A stretch of 64,000 bases of DNA from Peptococcaceae bacterium (GCA_018334055.1 JAGXSS010000108.1:834-64833); one strand, 5' to 3'; counted from the first letter of the stretch, positions 1 through 8,755 are shown. Notes: a model not told the origin generated them from the letters alone. A program made the numbers and translations.

Positions 1-282
1 GATTACGTGACAACACCCTTTCGCCCCAGTGTCAATGTGCTGTTTCAAAGTGCGGAGCCCTTTGCTCCGCACCTACTGGCGGTGGTGCTCACGGGCATGG
101 GCCAAGACGGGGCGGAAGGCGCAAAGATTCTCCACCGTTCTGGGGCACATGTAGTAGCTGAGTCCGAAGAAAGCGCCATCATCTACGGCATGCCGCGCGC
201 CATTGTCGAGGCCAAACTCGCCGACGGAGTGATGAATTTGCGGCAAGTAGGGGAGTTCTTAAAAATCGCCACGATGAAGTAG
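1..282 (+). CDS. cheB: Chemotaxis protein-glutamate methylesterase CheB, C-terminal fragment (5' end lies outside the window)
   Basis: Translation shows the CheB catalytic-domain hallmarks GMGQDG and IIYGMPRA. The frame is open from base 1. Confidence 0.85.
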   Translation, partial: DYVTTPFRPSVNVLFQSAEPFAPHLLAVVLTGMGQDGAEGAKILHRSGAHVVAESEESAIIYGMPRAIVEAKLADGVMNLRQVGEFLKIATMK

Positions 283-284
283 AG

Positions 285-578
285 GTGTTTAATGTGAAAA
301 TTGATCCGAAGGTAAACATCTACCTGCGCACCGCGGAGAGCCGCCCCCCACTAAAGAAGGGGGCAGCGGTGGTTGCCGCTAACCAGGGCGACTCCATTGC
401 CATTTCCTTGGCGGCCCGCCTACTGCAGGCAGGCCTCGAAATGGTGGAGCCCTTTGCCGCTGACAAAGTGCAGAGCATCAAGAATGACGTACAAAGGGGC
501 GAGTACAGCCCGAGCATGGCGCGCCTAGCTGAGGCGATGGTGCGTGGCGACGGGCGGGAGCCGGGGGGTCAAAAATGA
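285..578 (+). CDS. flgM: Anti-sigma-28 factor FlgM
   Basis: 97 aa. The C-terminus KVQSIKNDVQRGEYSPSMARLAEAMV matches the FlgM sigma-28-binding helix. It lies immediately upstream of flgN/flgK as in Bacillus. Confidence 0.75.
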   Translation: MFNVKIDPKVNIYLRTAESRPPLKKGAAVVAANQGDSIAISLAARLLQAGLEMVEPFAADKVQSIKNDVQRGEYSPSMARLAEAMVRGDGREPGGQK

Positions 579-880
579 GAGAGTGGCTTTCATTGCTCTT
601 CACCAATCTTGACTTGCAGCGTCAGGCGATGATTAGGGATGACCTAGAAGCCATTGCGAGGCTGGTTGAAGAACAAAACACCATCCTTAAGACCGTTGAG
701 CATGAGTCGCCATCCGGTGTGCCCCTGACGGGGTCAGAAGATGAAAAGCTCCGGGCCATCATGGACTTAGTAGAGGGAAATCAGTTATTGGCCCAGCAGA
801 GTCTACTTTTTGCGCGGCGGGTCTTGACCGTTTTGGGCGATGCCAAAATTTACGGGCAGTCTCTGGACAGGCGTGCTTAA
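575..880 (+). CDS. flgN: FlgN-like flagellar export chaperone (positional call)
   Basis: 101 aa, predicted helical. It sits between flgM and flgK with a 4-nt start/stop overlap. Sequence similarity is weak, so the call rests mainly on position. Confidence 0.5.
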   Translation: MREWLSLLFTNLDLQRQAMIRDDLEAIARLVEEQNTILKTVEHESPSGVPLTGSEDEKLRAIMDLVEGNQLLAQQSLLFARRVLTVLGDAKIYGQSLDRRA

Positions 881-894
881 AGGAGGGGACAATT

Positions 895-2301
895 GTGGCT
901 TCGACTTTCTTTGGGTTTAGCGTGGCGCGGCGAGGCATGAATGCTCATCAAACTGCCTTAAACGTCACCGCGCATAATATTGCCAATGCTTCGACGCCGG
1001 GTTTTTCGCGGCAACAGGCGGTGTTTCAAACGACCACGCCCGCCATGGCGGTGTCCGGTAACCGTCATGACGGCCCCGGACAAATGGGCACCGGAGTAAC
1101 CATCGCCGAGATCAGGCGAGTGCGCGATGGCTTTTTAGACTACCAACTACGGCAGCAGTTGAGCAAGGGTAGCCACTGGCAGGAACGCCATGAGGTGCTG
1201 TCAACTGTAGAAATGATCCTCATGGAGCCGAGCGACACAGGCCTGAGCAGCGTTTTCGAGCGCTTTTGGGGAGCCTGGCAGGAGCTGGCCAAGAACCCCA
1301 CCGCAGGTGCCACCCGCGCCGCGGTAGTCGAGACCGGCACCACCTTGGCGGCCTCACTCAATAACCTTGCCACCCAATCCGAAGTACTGTTGGAAGATTT
1401 AAACGTTAAGACCGGGCTGGCCGTTAACGATATCAACTCTTTGTCTGCCCAAATTGCCACGTTAAACACCCAAATCGTCACAAACCTTGGCGCGGGGCTT
1501 AACCCCAATGATTTAATGGACCGGCGCGATGTCTTGCTGGATGATTTGGCGCGTATAGTGGGGTTTCAGGCCTTGCCCCAACCCACAGGGGCCATCAATG
1601 TCGCCGTCGGCGGGCGTCACTTGGTTCAGGAGGGTCGCGCTATTGCCATACAGGGCGCGATGGTGGGGACATCCCTAGCGCCGGCGTGGCCGGAGGGAGA
1701 AGCGTTATTACTTAACGAGGGCAGTGTGGCAGGCATCCAAGTTGCCCGGCAATGGGTCGAGAACGATTTTTTCGGCAAAATCAATGCTTTGGCGCGAACG
1801 CTACACGACAGTGTTAACAGCGTCCATGTGCTCGGGCAGCACCTCGACCCGAGCAATCCGACTATGGGGGAGAATTTTTTCACCTTACCCCTAACTCCGG
1901 GTCGGGAAGCCCGCTTGATCGGTTTAAACCCCGATATTCGAAATAACCCTAGCCTAATTCGCACCGCTGCCCCTCTGGCCGGCCTAGCCGACGGCAGCAA
2001 TGCGCTAAACATCGCCCGTCTGCGCAATGCCCCCATGCCCGGAGGGACAGCCTCACTAGAGGGTTACTTCGCGGGCATAGTCACTGCTTTAGGGGTCGAG
2101 TCACAGCAGGCGGAGCGCATCAGCCAAAATCAAGAATCGCTGACCAACCAACTCACCAACCGGCGGGAAGAGGCGGCAGGGGTGTCTATTGACGAAGAAC
2201 TGTCCTTCATGGTGCAGTTCCAGCACGGTTACCAAGCCTCGGCCAGGCTTTTATCCACCATGGACGAATTATTACAGACCATCCTCAACCTTGGGAGGTA
2301 A
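895..2301 (+). CDS. flgK: Flagellar hook-associated protein 1 FlgK
   Basis: GTG start preceded by AGGAGG. N-terminal rod/hook motif NIANASTPGFSRQ. Conserved C-terminal helix. 468 aa. Confidence 0.9.
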   Translation: MASTFFGFSVARRGMNAHQTALNVTAHNIANASTPGFSRQQAVFQTTTPAMAVSGNRHDGPGQMGTGVTIAEIRRVRDGFLDYQLRQQLSKGSHWQERHEVLSTVEMILMEPSDTGLSSVFERFWGAWQELAKNPTAGATRAAVVETGTTLAASLNNLATQSEVLLEDLNVKTGLAVNDINSLSAQIATLNTQIVTNLGAGLNPNDLMDRRDVLLDDLARIVGFQALPQPTGAINVAVGGRHLVQEGRAIAIQGAMVGTSLAPAWPEGEALLLNEGSVAGIQVARQWVENDFFGKINALARTLHDSVNSVHVLGQHLDPSNPTMGENFFTLPLTPGREARLIGLNPDIRNNPSLIRTAAPLAGLADGSNALNIARLRNAPMPGGTASLEGYFAGIVTALGVESQQAERISQNQESLTNQLTNRREEAAGVSIDEELSFMVQFQHGYQASARLLSTMDELLQTILNLGR

Positions 2302-2306
2302 AGCAG

Positions 2307-3218
2307 ATGCGAGTTTCTAACACCACCATGCGCAACAATGTCATGCGCAATATCCAGCTCAGTCTGCGCGAAATGAACGAGGCCCAGCGCAAGCTGGCCT
2401 CTGGTCGCTTGGTTAATCAGCCGTCTGACAACCCCATCGTGGCGGCCCGCCTGCTAAACCTAAACGTCGCTTTGACTGAAAGCGCCCAGTTTCAGACCAA
2501 TGTGCGCGATGGCGTAGCCTGGCTCAATATGACCGACACCACCTTGGGAACGGTGGGCGAAGCATTGCATCGCGCTAAGGAGCTGACTTTAGCAGGGGCG
2601 AACAGTACCTTGCCGCCGGATGTGCGGGCCTATAACTCGCGCGAGGTGGACCAGCTCATGCGTCATGTCATCTCCCTCGCCAATGCGTCCTTTGATGGCG
2701 ACCGCACTCTTTTTGGCGGCACGCATCATGGGAGCAGACCGTTTCCCTCTAGCGAGGGTCCCGGTGGCGTGGTCGTGGACGTGCCCACAGCGGGGGCAGG
2801 AGTGGGACGGATCAACTACGAAATACTCCGCGGCAGCGAGCTGCAGGTTAATGTCGAAGGCGACAGCCTTTTCCGTACGGGGGCAGGAAATGTCTTTGGC
2901 GCACTCGAGATGGCGCGTAATGCCCTCGCCGCCACTCCTACCGCCAACATCCAAGACGCCATTGCCGCCTTAGACCAGGCGCTGGGCAATGTGCTCGACG
3001 CCCGCGCTACCGTTGGGGCGAGGCAGAATCGCCTCGCGATGACTGAAATGCGCTACCAGGAGGAGCAGAGCACCTTGACGGAACTCAAGTCCAAGCTTGG
3101 CGATGTGGACATGGCCGAGGCAATTATGAACTTTAACGTGCGCGAGCATGTCTACCAGGCGGCTCTAGGGGCAGCGGCGAGGGTTATGCAGCCAACTTTG
3201 CTTGACTTTCTGAGATAG
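2307..3218 (+). CDS. flgL: Flagellar hook-associated protein 3 FlgL
   Basis: Flagellin-like N-terminus (SGRLVNQPSDNP) and C-terminus. Gene follows flgK. Confidence 0.9.
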   Translation: MRVSNTTMRNNVMRNIQLSLREMNEAQRKLASGRLVNQPSDNPIVAARLLNLNVALTESAQFQTNVRDGVAWLNMTDTTLGTVGEALHRAKELTLAGANSTLPPDVRAYNSREVDQLMRHVISLANASFDGDRTLFGGTHHGSRPFPSSEGPGGVVVDVPTAGAGVGRINYEILRGSELQVNVEGDSLFRTGAGNVFGALEMARNALAATPTANIQDAIAALDQALGNVLDARATVGARQNRLAMTEMRYQEEQSTLTELKSKLGDVDMAEAIMNFNVREHVYQAALGAAARVMQPTLLDFLR

Positions 3219-3326
3219 AAGGGGAGGGGTTTTTTGCTTGAAGTAGGCCGTAGATAGTGCGCAGTGGGACGAAGAGGAAGGCCTTTTGCTACAGCAATAT
3301 ATTATGTATCGCTCAAAAACTATTGC

Positions 3327-3420
3327 CATCCTCTCCTCCCTCTCCGCTTCGCCCTCTACTCCTCGCTTCGGACCATTTCGAGCCCGTCCTCCTTCCTCTT
3401 TTTCCCCTACTTTCTTTCAC
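3327..3420 (+). other. ~95-nt polypyrimidine (CT) tract in the flgL-fliW spacer; the complement is GGA-rich
   Basis: Direct inspection: catcctctcctccctctccgcttcgccctctactcctcgcttcggaccatttcgagcccgtcctccttcctctttttcccctactttctttcac. It holds several CCTCC/CTCCTT anti-SD motifs, and CTCCTT is complementary to the fliW SD AAGGAG. Confidence 0.5.
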
Positions 3421-3437
3421 CGAAAGGAGACTGTCTT

Positions 3438-3866
3438 ATGTTGGTTGCCAGCACTCGCCTTGGGGAACTAAATATTTCGCCCTCCGCGCTTATCGAGTTT
3501 TCGGAGGGTTTTTCTGGTCTGCCCGAGTGGCGGCAGGGCGTTCTCGTACCGGTTGCCGAGCTGCCCTGTTTTTTTTGGCTGCAGTTTGTCCACGACCCTG
3601 CGGCGGCCTTTCTCTTACTGGCCTTAGAGGGGGTTTTGGCGGACTATGACTTTGCCTTAGCCCGTCAAGCTGCCGCGTTTACCCCGCAGTCGAGGGTCTA
3701 TGCCATCATCCGCGTGCCAGCGGGCGACCTAAGCCAGGCCACCGCTAACCTACTCGCACCGGTGGTGATAGATGACCTGCCTGCCCCAATAGGCAGACAG
3801 GTCATCTTGCATGACACTAATTACCCGCTGCGCCACCCGCTTTTTGTGGAGGACGAGCCATGCTAG
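3438..3866 (+). CDS. fliW: Flagellar assembly factor FliW (CsrA antagonist)
   Basis: Motifs [22 protein letters not shown] and YPLRHPLF match B. subtilis FliW. ATG at 3438 follows AAGGAGA. The six-frame ORF 3264..3866 is an N-terminal over-extension through the CT tract. Confidence 0.85.
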   Translation: MLVASTRLGELNISPSALIEFSEGFSGLPEWRQGVLVPVAELPCFFWLQFVHDPAAAFLLLALEGVLADYDFALARQAAAFTPQSRVYAIIRVPAGDLSQATANLLAPVVIDDLPAPIGRQVILHDTNYPLRHPLFVEDEPC

Positions 3867-4129
3867 TCCTAGCGCGCAAGGTGGGGGAGAGACTCCACAT
3901 CGGGAATGACATCGAAGTGGTAGTGGTCGAAATAAAGGGTGACGTCGTGCGCCTAGGCATCGCTGCCCCGCGGGGGGTAGCGATATTTCGCCATGAAATC
4001 TACGCCGCCATCCAAGGCGAAAACCTCGCGGCCAGTGCTTTGCCCAATGACCTCAATCTCAGCGCCAAACTAAATCTGCAGAAAGGCGCTCCAAACCCTA
4101 AAGTTCAACTGCCCCCGGTCGATAAATAA
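3860..4129 (+). CDS. csrA: Carbon storage regulator CsrA
   Basis: [48 protein letters not shown] is a canonical CsrA. It overlaps the fliW stop. Confidence 0.9.
   Translation: MLVLARKVGERLHIGNDIEVVVVEIKGDVVRLGIAAPRGVAIFRHEIYAAIQGENLAASALPNDLNLSAKLNLQKGAPNPKVQLPPVDK
4099..4125 (+). promoter_or_regulatory. Candidate sigma-28 (SigD/FliA) promoter for the flagellin gene, inside the 3' end of csrA
   Basis: TAAA-N15-GTCGATAA against the consensus TAAA-N15-GCCGATAT. A second GCCGATAA lies at 4167-4174 but sits too close to the SD to be the -10. Confidence 0.4.
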
Positions 4130-4159
4130 AGTAGTCTAGCGCGCGATAGACTGCCACGG

Positions 4160-4186
4160 CAAGGAAGCCGATAAAAATCAAGGAGG
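4160..4186 (+). promoter_or_regulatory. Paired CsrA-binding boxes in the flagellin 5' leader; the second overlaps the SD
   Basis: CAAGGAAG at 4160-4167 and CAAGGAGG at 4179-4186 both fit CAnGGAnG. Their GGA cores are 19 nt apart. This resembles the B. subtilis hag BS1/BS2 arrangement. Confidence 0.55.
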
Positions 4187-4193
4187 ATGAACT

Positions 4194-5420
4194 ATGAGAA
4201 TCAACCACAACATCTCCGCCCTTAACACGCACCGCCAGCTTTCAGTCAACAACGCCGGCACTGCCCGTTCCTTAGAGAAACTTTCCTCGGGCCTGCGCAT
4301 TAACCGTGCCGGTGACGACGCCGCCGGTCTCGCCATCTCCGAAAAAATGCGCGGACAGGTGCGCGGTTTGCACCAAGGCACCCGCAACGCCCAAGATGGT
4401 ATTTCTCTCCTGCAAACGGCCGAGGGCGCGTTAAACGAGACCCATTCCATACTGCAGCGTATGCGCGAGTTAGCCGTGCAATCCGCGAATGACACCAATA
4501 CCACCGAAGACCGCCGCAATATCCAAGACGAAATGAATCAGATGAACCGCGAGATCAACCGCATTTCCAGCACCACCCAGTTTAACACCAAGAATCTCAT
4601 CGATGGGTCCATGGGTGTAGGCGTAAACACAGCAATCGCCAATGTTAATGCTAATGCTTCCTTGGGCACTGGCACAGTAGCGACGACCCTGCTCTCCGGC
4701 TTGACTGACAGGGCCGGTAACAGCCTTGGCATTATAGCAGGTGACACCATAACCGCTACCTGGGTGCGCGCAGGCGTGACCAGTACTGCTTCGCTCACTG
4801 TTGGTGCCGCTTCTGATGCCGCAGCCCTTCTGACTCCCATTACCGGTACTGCTGCCACTTTTTCCGCCGACGGGGTCAACCTCACTTCGTCTGTAGCCGG
4901 ATTTTCCGGCGCGACCCATGGTCTGACCATCAATGTACGCACCGCCGCCGGGGTTGAGCGGGCCTCTGCTACTAACGCGCTGTCTAGCTTTTCTCAGACT
5001 GTCGCTGCCGCTGACCTGCGGGCTGACGGGCAAGCTACCTTCCACATCGGCTCGAACACCGGGCAGAACATGCAGTTGTCTCTAGAGAATATGTCGACAT
5101 CCGCGCTTGGCGTGAGCGACATCCAAGTCATGAACCAAGGTCAGGCGAATGTCGCTATCCGCGTCATCGACGGCGCAATTCAGCGTGTTTCTGCTGAGCG
5201 CAGTTTGATGGGTGCCGTGCAGAATCGCCTTGAACACACTATTAATAACTTAGGCACCTCGGCTGAGAACCTCACCGCCGCCGAGAGCCGCATTCGCGAC
5301 GTAGACATGGCGCAAGAGATGATGGAGTTCACTAAGAACAATATTCTCTCGCAGGCCGCACAGGCTATGTTGGCGCAGGCCAACCAGCAGCCACAGGGCG
5401 TGCTGCAGCTACTCCGTTAA
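4194..5420 (+). CDS. fliC: Flagellin
   Basis: Conserved N-terminal D0/D1 (MRINHNISALNTHRQL...GLRINRAGDDAAGLAISEKMRGQ) and C-terminal (MAQEMMEFTKNNILSQAAQAMLAQANQQPQGVLQLLR) regions flank a Thr/Ala/Gly-rich variable domain. 408 aa. Confidence 0.95.
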   Translation: MRINHNISALNTHRQLSVNNAGTARSLEKLSSGLRINRAGDDAAGLAISEKMRGQVRGLHQGTRNAQDGISLLQTAEGALNETHSILQRMRELAVQSANDTNTTEDRRNIQDEMNQMNREINRISSTTQFNTKNLIDGSMGVGVNTAIANVNANASLGTGTVATTLLSGLTDRAGNSLGIIAGDTITATWVRAGVTSTASLTVGAASDAAALLTPITGTAATFSADGVNLTSSVAGFSGATHGLTINVRTAAGVERASATNALSSFSQTVAAADLRADGQATFHIGSNTGQNMQLSLENMSTSALGVSDIQVMNQGQANVAIRVIDGAIQRVSAERSLMGAVQNRLEHTINNLGTSAENLTAAESRIRDVDMAQEMMEFTKNNILSQAAQAMLAQANQQPQGVLQLLR

Positions 5421-5461
5421 TTCCACGCGGAGCGTCGCCATCCCACTTCGTAATTACTCTG

Positions 5462-5491
5462 GAGCCCCCAGTTTGGGGGCTCTTTCTTTTT
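5462..5491 (+). terminator. Rho-independent terminator after the flagellin gene
   Basis: GAGCCCCC-agttt-GGGGGCTC is a perfect 8-bp GC-rich stem, followed by TTTCTTTTT. Confidence 0.8.
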
Positions 5492-5508
5492 GCCTCTCTA
5501 AAGTATTC

Positions 5509-5536
5509 GCCACCGCGTCCGATAATAAAGTGAAGA
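5509..5536 (+). promoter_or_regulatory. Candidate sigma-28 promoter for fliD-fliS-fliT-flaG
   Basis: TAAA-N16-tCCGATAAT lies about 35 nt upstream of the fliD start codon. Confidence 0.45.
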
Positions 5537-5570
5537 TGCGCGAGCCTTCTCCAGTGAAAGGAGCTCTCAT

Positions 5571-7481
5571 ATGAACAACATTACGAATTTGCGGCAGACC
5601 ATGCGCATGCCGGGGCTGGCGACTGGGCTTGACACCACCACCATGGTGCGTGACCTGATGCGTGCCGAAAATATGCGCGTGGAACGGCTCGAGCAAGACA
5701 AACAGATAATCGAGTGGCGGCAGGAAAGCTATCGTGCCGTGGTTGGTCGGTTGCAGAGCTTTCGCCGGACTTTCTTCGACCGCGCTAACCCCGAGCATTT
5801 TATGCTCAGCGCCGGTGCTACACGCGTTTTTTCGACCACTTCGAGCAACTCCCTCGCGGTAGATGCCACGGCCAATGCCGAGGCTAGGCCGGGAGTGCAG
5901 GTGGTTAACCGCGTTTTGGCGCTGGCCACAGCGCCAGAGATGTCGGGTGCAAATTTTGTTTCGCGTCCCCTCGAGGCTGTTTTACCTCCAGACGATCCGG
6001 TATTGCTCGCTGGTCGTACTCTCGCGCTCTCGGTAGACGGAGTGCGGCGCGATATTGCCTTTACGCGTAATTATTCGCGGACCACCGAATTGCCGCTTTT
6101 GGTCGCCGACTTAAACGGCTCACTCGCGTCCGCCTTTGGCCCGGGTCGGGTGGTGGCCAGCGAACAAAACGGCACCCTTACTTTTAACATGCAGAATGCC
6201 CTCGGCGCTCTTGTGGCCACAACATCGCACCTGGTGGTGCAGGCGGGAGCGAGCGACGCTGCCCCTCTGCTGGGCTTAGCGGTGGGTCAAACCAATCGCC
6301 TGAGTCTAAATACAACCCTAGCGCAGGTTACTTTAGCCAATGGGCCTAACTTGCCGCCGGAAGGGGCTCGTTTTACCATCAACAATGTGCAGTTTGAGTT
6401 TGACGCTAATGCCACTCTGGCCCAAGTTATGCAAAGTGTCAACCAGAGCAGTGCAGGGGTGACTATGACCTACAACAGCGTGTCTGACAGTTTTACCCTG
6501 CGGGGCAGTCGCCTGGGGGCCGCAGAGCGGGTTACCTTGTCTGAGACTGCGGGCCAATTAATGGCGGGGTTGGGGTTTACCGCCGGCTCGGTGGCCGGAG
6601 GCGATTTAGTGGCCGAAATCAACGGCCTCACGGTGCGGCGGGGGTCCAATAACTTTGTGCTCGACGGAGTAAGCTTTGCTATGCAGGCCACTACTAATGC
6701 CCCTACCACCATAACGGTGCGAGCCAATGCCGACCAGGCGGTGGCCAATGTGGGCGAGTTTGTCACCCAGTACAACGAAGTGCTCGACCTGCTCAACCGC
6801 GAACTACGTGCCGAGCGCCATGCCGAGTATCGCCCGCTTACCCCGTCCCAGCGGCAGGAGATGAGCGAAGAGGATATAAAATTATGGGAAGGCCGCGCCA
6901 AGAGCGGACTCTTAAATAATAACCCCCTTTTGCATAGGTTGGTAGGCGAGATGCGGCGCGCCATGTCTGACCAGGTGGCGGGCGTTAACCTCTCTCTGGC
7001 GGATATCGGCATCGGCACCCGCAGTTTCTTTGAAAACGGGCGCCTGCACTTCGATGAAAATCGGTTTAGAAACGCCCTCGCCACTAATGGCGAACAGGTC
7101 GCACGGCTACTCAGCCAGGCCTCTAGCACTGCCTATACCCCCAGTCTCACGGGTAACGAGCGCCAGCTCAGGCGCAATACCTCGGGCACCATGGCGCGCC
7201 TGGCGGATGTGTTCGAGGACAATATCCGCACCACCCGCGACCAGCACAATCGCAAGGGGTTTTTCCTCGAAAGGGCGGGTATTCCAGGGGACGCTTCGGC
7301 TACGCGCAATGTCTTGGCAGAGCAAATCACCCGCCTTGACTCGCGCATAAACCAGATGCAAGAGGTTTTGACCCGCAAGGAAGACCGCTACTGGCGGCAA
7401 TTCTCGGCTCTGGAAAGGGCTATGAGCACCATGAATTCACAGAGTGCGTGGCTGGCGTCGCAATTCGCCCCACGGCAATAA
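5571..7481 (+). CDS. fliD: Flagellar filament cap protein FliD (hook-associated protein 2)
   Basis: N-terminus GLATGLDTTTMVRDLMRAE matches FliD. 636 aa. RBS GAAAGGAG. Confidence 0.9.
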   Translation: MNNITNLRQTMRMPGLATGLDTTTMVRDLMRAENMRVERLEQDKQIIEWRQESYRAVVGRLQSFRRTFFDRANPEHFMLSAGATRVFSTTSSNSLAVDATANAEARPGVQVVNRVLALATAPEMSGANFVSRPLEAVLPPDDPVLLAGRTLALSVDGVRRDIAFTRNYSRTTELPLLVADLNGSLASAFGPGRVVASEQNGTLTFNMQNALGALVATTSHLVVQAGASDAAPLLGLAVGQTNRLSLNTTLAQVTLANGPNLPPEGARFTINNVQFEFDANATLAQVMQSVNQSSAGVTMTYNSVSDSFTLRGSRLGAAERVTLSETAGQLMAGLGFTAGSVAGGDLVAEINGLTVRRGSNNFVLDGVSFAMQATTNAPTTITVRANADQAVANVGEFVTQYNEVLDLLNRELRAERHAEYRPLTPSQRQEMSEEDIKLWEGRAKSGLLNNNPLLHRLVGEMRRAMSDQVAGVNLSLADIGIGTRSFFENGRLHFDENRFRNALATNGEQVARLLSQASSTAYTPSLTGNERQLRRNTSGTMARLADVFEDNIRTTRDQHNRKGFFLERAGIPGDASATRNVLAEQITRLDSRINQMQEVLTRKEDRYWRQFSALERAMSTMNSQSAWLASQFAPRQ

Positions 7482-7500
7482 AATGAACGGAGGCAGATAT

Positions 7501-7878
7501 ATGGCCATGCCCAAGCCCTATGTCCAGTATCAACAGCAGAGTGTGCTCACCGCCCCGCCGGGGGAGCTGACCCTCATGCTCTATAACGGCGCACTGCGCT
7601 TCATTAAGCAGGGTATTGCCGCCATGGAACAAGAAGACATCGCCGGCACTAACTCCGCTTTGACCCGCGCGCAGGACATCATCTGCGAGTTGATGACCTC
7701 TTTAGACCTGCAGTACGAGGTGGCGAACAACCTGCTCTCGCTTTATGATTTTGTGTATCGCTCCTTGGTTTTGGCCAACCTCAAGAAAGACGTTGCCGTA
7801 GCGAAGCAGTGCGCTGCGTTAATAACAGAGCTCCGTGATACATGGGTAGAGGCGGTGCGGATGACCCGTGCCCATTAG
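7501..7878 (+). CDS. fliS: Flagellin-specific export chaperone FliS
   Basis: TAPPGELTLMLYNGALRF...LYDFVYRSLVLANL is a FliS signature. ATG at 7501 follows GGAGG. The ORF 7444..7878 is an upstream over-extension. Confidence 0.85.
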   Translation: MAMPKPYVQYQQQSVLTAPPGELTLMLYNGALRFIKQGIAAMEQEDIAGTNSALTRAQDIICELMTSLDLQYEVANNLLSLYDFVYRSLVLANLKKDVAVAKQCAALITELRDTWVEAVRMTRAH

Positions 7879-7903
7879 AACGGTTGCGTCTGGCTTTGTA
7901 GAA

Positions 7904-8323
7904 ATGCTGCAAATGGTAGAAGATGAGAAGGCGCAGGCTAAGGAATTTTTACGTCTCACCAAGGCCATGGTCGAGTTCCTAGCAACTGAAGAGTTCGAGC
8001 AAGTCGAAAGCCTGCTCGAGGAGCGGGCGGCGCACATGAAACGCTCGGACGAGCTAAAGTCCGAGGTGGATCTATTGTACATTTCGCTGCGCAGTTCCCT
8101 GTCGGACCAAGGTCGAGCCGCTTTCGGGGCTGGTAAAGAAGAAGTCGCTGGCATTTGGCGCGAAGCGCGCGACAGGGACCGTCTCTTGGCCGAGGCCATG
8201 CACAATTTGCTCGTCGACCTTAGGCAAAAAATTGATGACGTTCATCGCAGCAAGCAGGGCCACAAGGCCTATGCAACGGCAGAAAAAAAGGTAGCTCCTG
8301 CGGGCGTAGACAAAGTAAATTGA
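7904..8323 (+). CDS. Hypothetical helical, acidic protein at the FliT position (FliT-like?)
   Basis: 139 aa from ATG 7904. Predicted all-helical with no recognisable motif. It sits between fliS and flaG. The FliT call is positional only. Confidence 0.4.
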   Translation: MLQMVEDEKAQAKEFLRLTKAMVEFLATEEFEQVESLLEERAAHMKRSDELKSEVDLLYISLRSSLSDQGRAAFGAGKEEVAGIWREARDRDRLLAEAMHNLLVDLRQKIDDVHRSKQGHKAYATAEKKVAPAGVDKVN

Positions 8324-8338
8324 GAGGGAGTGAGATTT

Positions 8339-8710
8339 GTGAAGGTACAGGGGACTGAGCCGGTGGTCATGGCCAAGGTCATCGACCAAACCGCTCAACA
8401 AGTGGTCAAAGACACCAAGCGCACAGCTATCGACCTTAACACCCGCGGACGGCAGGGAGAACACCCAAGTCGCGAGGGTGCAGGAGCGGCAGATGTCGGG
8501 GATGAAGTGTTTGAGCGGGTCAACACCGCCATGCAAGCGCTTTCTACCCGTTTGAAGTTCGAAAAGCATGAAAGCTCTGGTCATTTCATGGTGCGAGTTA
8601 TCAATGAGGAGACGAGTGAGGTCATTAGGGAAATCCCCCCGGAGCGCATGCTCGACATGTTGGTGCATTTGCGGCGTATGGTGGGGATCCTAGTTGACGA
8701 AAGAGCGTAG
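8339..8710 (+). CDS. flaG: Flagellar protein FlaG
   Basis: The C-terminus FEKHESSGHFMVRVINEETSEVIREIPPERMLDMLVHLRRMVGILVDE matches the FlaG family. GTG at 8339 follows GAGGGAG; the alternative GTG at 8330 is less well spaced. Confidence 0.7.
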   Translation: MKVQGTEPVVMAKVIDQTAQQVVKDTKRTAIDLNTRGRQGEHPSREGAGAADVGDEVFERVNTAMQALSTRLKFEKHESSGHFMVRVINEETSEVIREIPPERMLDMLVHLRRMVGILVDERA

Positions 8711-8727
8711 TCGAAAAGTCTAACTTA

Positions 8728-8755
8728 CCCGCATTTTTATGCGGGATTTGTTTTT
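8728..8755 (+). terminator. Rho-independent terminator ending the late-gene block
   Basis: CCCGCAT-tttt-ATGCGGG is a 7-bp stem, followed by ATTTGTTTTT. Confidence 0.75.

Noticed and set aside
3327-3420. The GGA-rich antisense of the CT tract as a bona fide CsrB/RsmZ-like sRNA gene
   Set aside because: I did not call it as an ncRNA feature. The antisense strand is nearly pure purine and cannot form the GGA-in-loop hairpins typical of CsrB-family RNAs. I found no antisense promoter or terminator. I kept it only as a hypothesis under findings.
3257-3649. Six-frame ORFs 3257-3649, 3264-3866 and 3286-3471 running through the flgL-fliW spacer
   Set aside because: These are read-through artefacts of the polypyrimidine tract, with low-complexity S/P/L-rich translations. 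Real FliW begins at ATG 3438, which has a proper SD and full-length homology from that point.
4470-5045. Long minus-strand ORFs antisense to flagellar and housekeeping genes, for example 4470-5045, 6470-7129, 11904-12494, 13557-14060, 25111-25722 and 59265-59918
   Set aside because: None has a plausible RBS or conserved motif. Their translations are Ala/Arg/Ser/Pro-rich low-complexity sequences, as expected from reading a high-GC coding strand in reverse. Every well-supported gene in the window is on the + strand.
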